A DNA stretch of 64,000 nucleotides from Eledone cirrhosa (Eukaryota). The DNA lies in NCBI GenBank assembly GCA_964016885.1, contig OZ024740.1, positions 326,492,001 through 326,556,000 on the forward strand, in the 5' to 3' direction. The stretch's first letter is position 1. Every line of letters begins with the position of its first letter. The notes below the pieces were generated by a model, which ran no database searches, had not been told where the DNA came from, and saw only the letters and a program-made list of their open reading frames with translations. Positions 62,501 through 64,000 of the stretch are shown here, piece after piece. The translations under genes and the position numbers were made by a program.

Positions 62501-62543
<43 letters not shown>

Positions 62544-62680
62544 TTGTATATTTGTATATATATATATATATATGTATATATATGTATATATTTGTATATA
62601 TATGTATATATTTGTATATATATATATATATGTATATATTTGTATATATATATGTATGTATATATATATATGTATATACA

Positions 62681-62727
<47 letters not shown>

Positions 62728-62760
62728 ATGTATATATATGTACATGTATGTTTATGTATA
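58520..62760. repeat. 4.2-kb (TA)n-derived compound array in two domains
   Basis: TATGTAG(TA)n units to ~61600, then TTTGTA(TA)n units. Confidence 0.97.
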
Positions 62761-63875
62761 TCCTGTCCCTATTCTTTACATACAGTAAATGCTGATTAAA
62801 TGCTGATTATGTAATCTAACTAGGGTTAAATGATTATGCAGATTTACAGCAAATGAAAAGATAAAAAAAAGCATTATGTGATGAAAGTCTGAGCTTGAGT
62901 GTCACAGCATATCTATTTTACTCGATGGAAAACAAAACAAACTAAATATAAAAATATTATTATATTAGAAATGACCCTCCGAATGAAAGCTATTAGAAAA
63001 TGAGAAGGCAAAAAAAACTGTTACATCTGCTATATGTGGTTAAATGGCTGTGGACTAAACACTGGTTGCTTTCCAGAACCTTGCTTGATTAATGTAATCA
63101 TTTTATAGAAGTTATTTGAATGGATATATGAAGAAGAAAGAAAGAAAAAGCAAAAAAAACAAAACAACATAAAAAATACAACAAAACAATAAACGAAACA
63201 AATAAACAAATAATTGCTTAAAAATTGATTAAATAAATTTACAAATTTTGTTTGGATATTTTGCTCATTGTTGAATTTTTCATTTGAAGTTTTGGGTGTA
63301 CAGATTGCACTGGTTTAATAGGGTACCGAAAAACACATTTATGTCTTATCATCATCACTGTTTAACATCCATTTTCCATGCTATCATGGGTTAGATGAGT
63401 TGTCCCATTTGAGGCAAGTCAAATCAAGTGATCATGTCTTACTCATACAGAACTGCTTATGGCTTGGTTTATACGCCTGGATGCCTTTCCTAATGCCAAC
63501 CACATTTACAGTGTAGACTGGTTGCTTTTTGTTACTGGTACCATATTGCAGCCAACCAGGACCGAATCCCCTACCTCTTAATGGCTTTCATACTGTAAAG
63601 CGATTTGACAGAAGTATTAAAGAGTCATATGAAATGCGTTGTAGTATTTATTCGGGTTTCTTGAATTCTGAGTTCAAATCCTGCCAAGATCAACTTTGCC
63701 TTTTACCCTTATGAGGTTAATAAGGTTAAAATGCAATGTTCAGGTGGAGGCATTAGAGGATTGGATACCATGTAGTATTTGTTCTGGCTCTTTGTATTCT
63801 GAGTTCAAACTCACTATGGCCTGTTTATATCGTCAACTTAGTTGTTTGGTTTAATACCACAACCTGGTTTTTGGA

Positions 63876-64000
63876 TCATCATCATCATTATCAGTTTACG
63901 TCCGTTGTTCCATGTTTGCATGGGTTGGATGGGTCTTTTTCAGCACAGCATCTCTCAACTCGTCACAATCCTTTGTCATCTTCACCATGAGCTTCAGCGA
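63876..64000 (-). mobile_element. RTE 3' end (short-UTR subfamily), runs off the window
   Basis: (TGA)n tail; similar to 3414-3540. Confidence 0.8.

Noticed and set aside
58495-62799. 1416-aa and other long Y/I/H/T-rich ORFs
   Set aside because: Stop-free translations of TA microsatellite; not proteins.

Overview
AT-rich, repeat-dense metazoan genomic DNA. The repeat complement suggests a cephalopod such as Octopus, but this is inference. One host gene spans the window on the + strand: a DEF8 ortholog (C1-type zinc finger plus Rubicon-homology/zf-RING_9 domain). I reconstructed it as 13 phase-consistent GT-AG coding exons (396..58274, 1737 nt, 578 aa plus stop). The introns hold several RTE-clade LINE copies that carry a PHD finger inside the RT and are often flanked by (TA)n, plus tRNA-derived SINEs, piggyBac-, hAT- and Tc1-type MITEs, a mariner fragment and many mini/microsatellites. 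There is also a young non-autonomous LTR element with a GATC TSD, and Penelope/retrozyme-like elements carrying hammerhead ribozymes. The most notable observations are: the LTR element's ~32-nt tRNA-Trp match with a substitution exactly at m1A58; intronic minimal hammerheads, one in a ~419-bp retrozyme-like unit; the PHD-in-RT LINEs; an AG|GTAAGT recursive-splice-like coding exon; and a 4.2-kb two-domain TA-derived array just downstream of the stop codon. Most short ORFs in the supplied track are antisense shadows or microsatellite artefacts.
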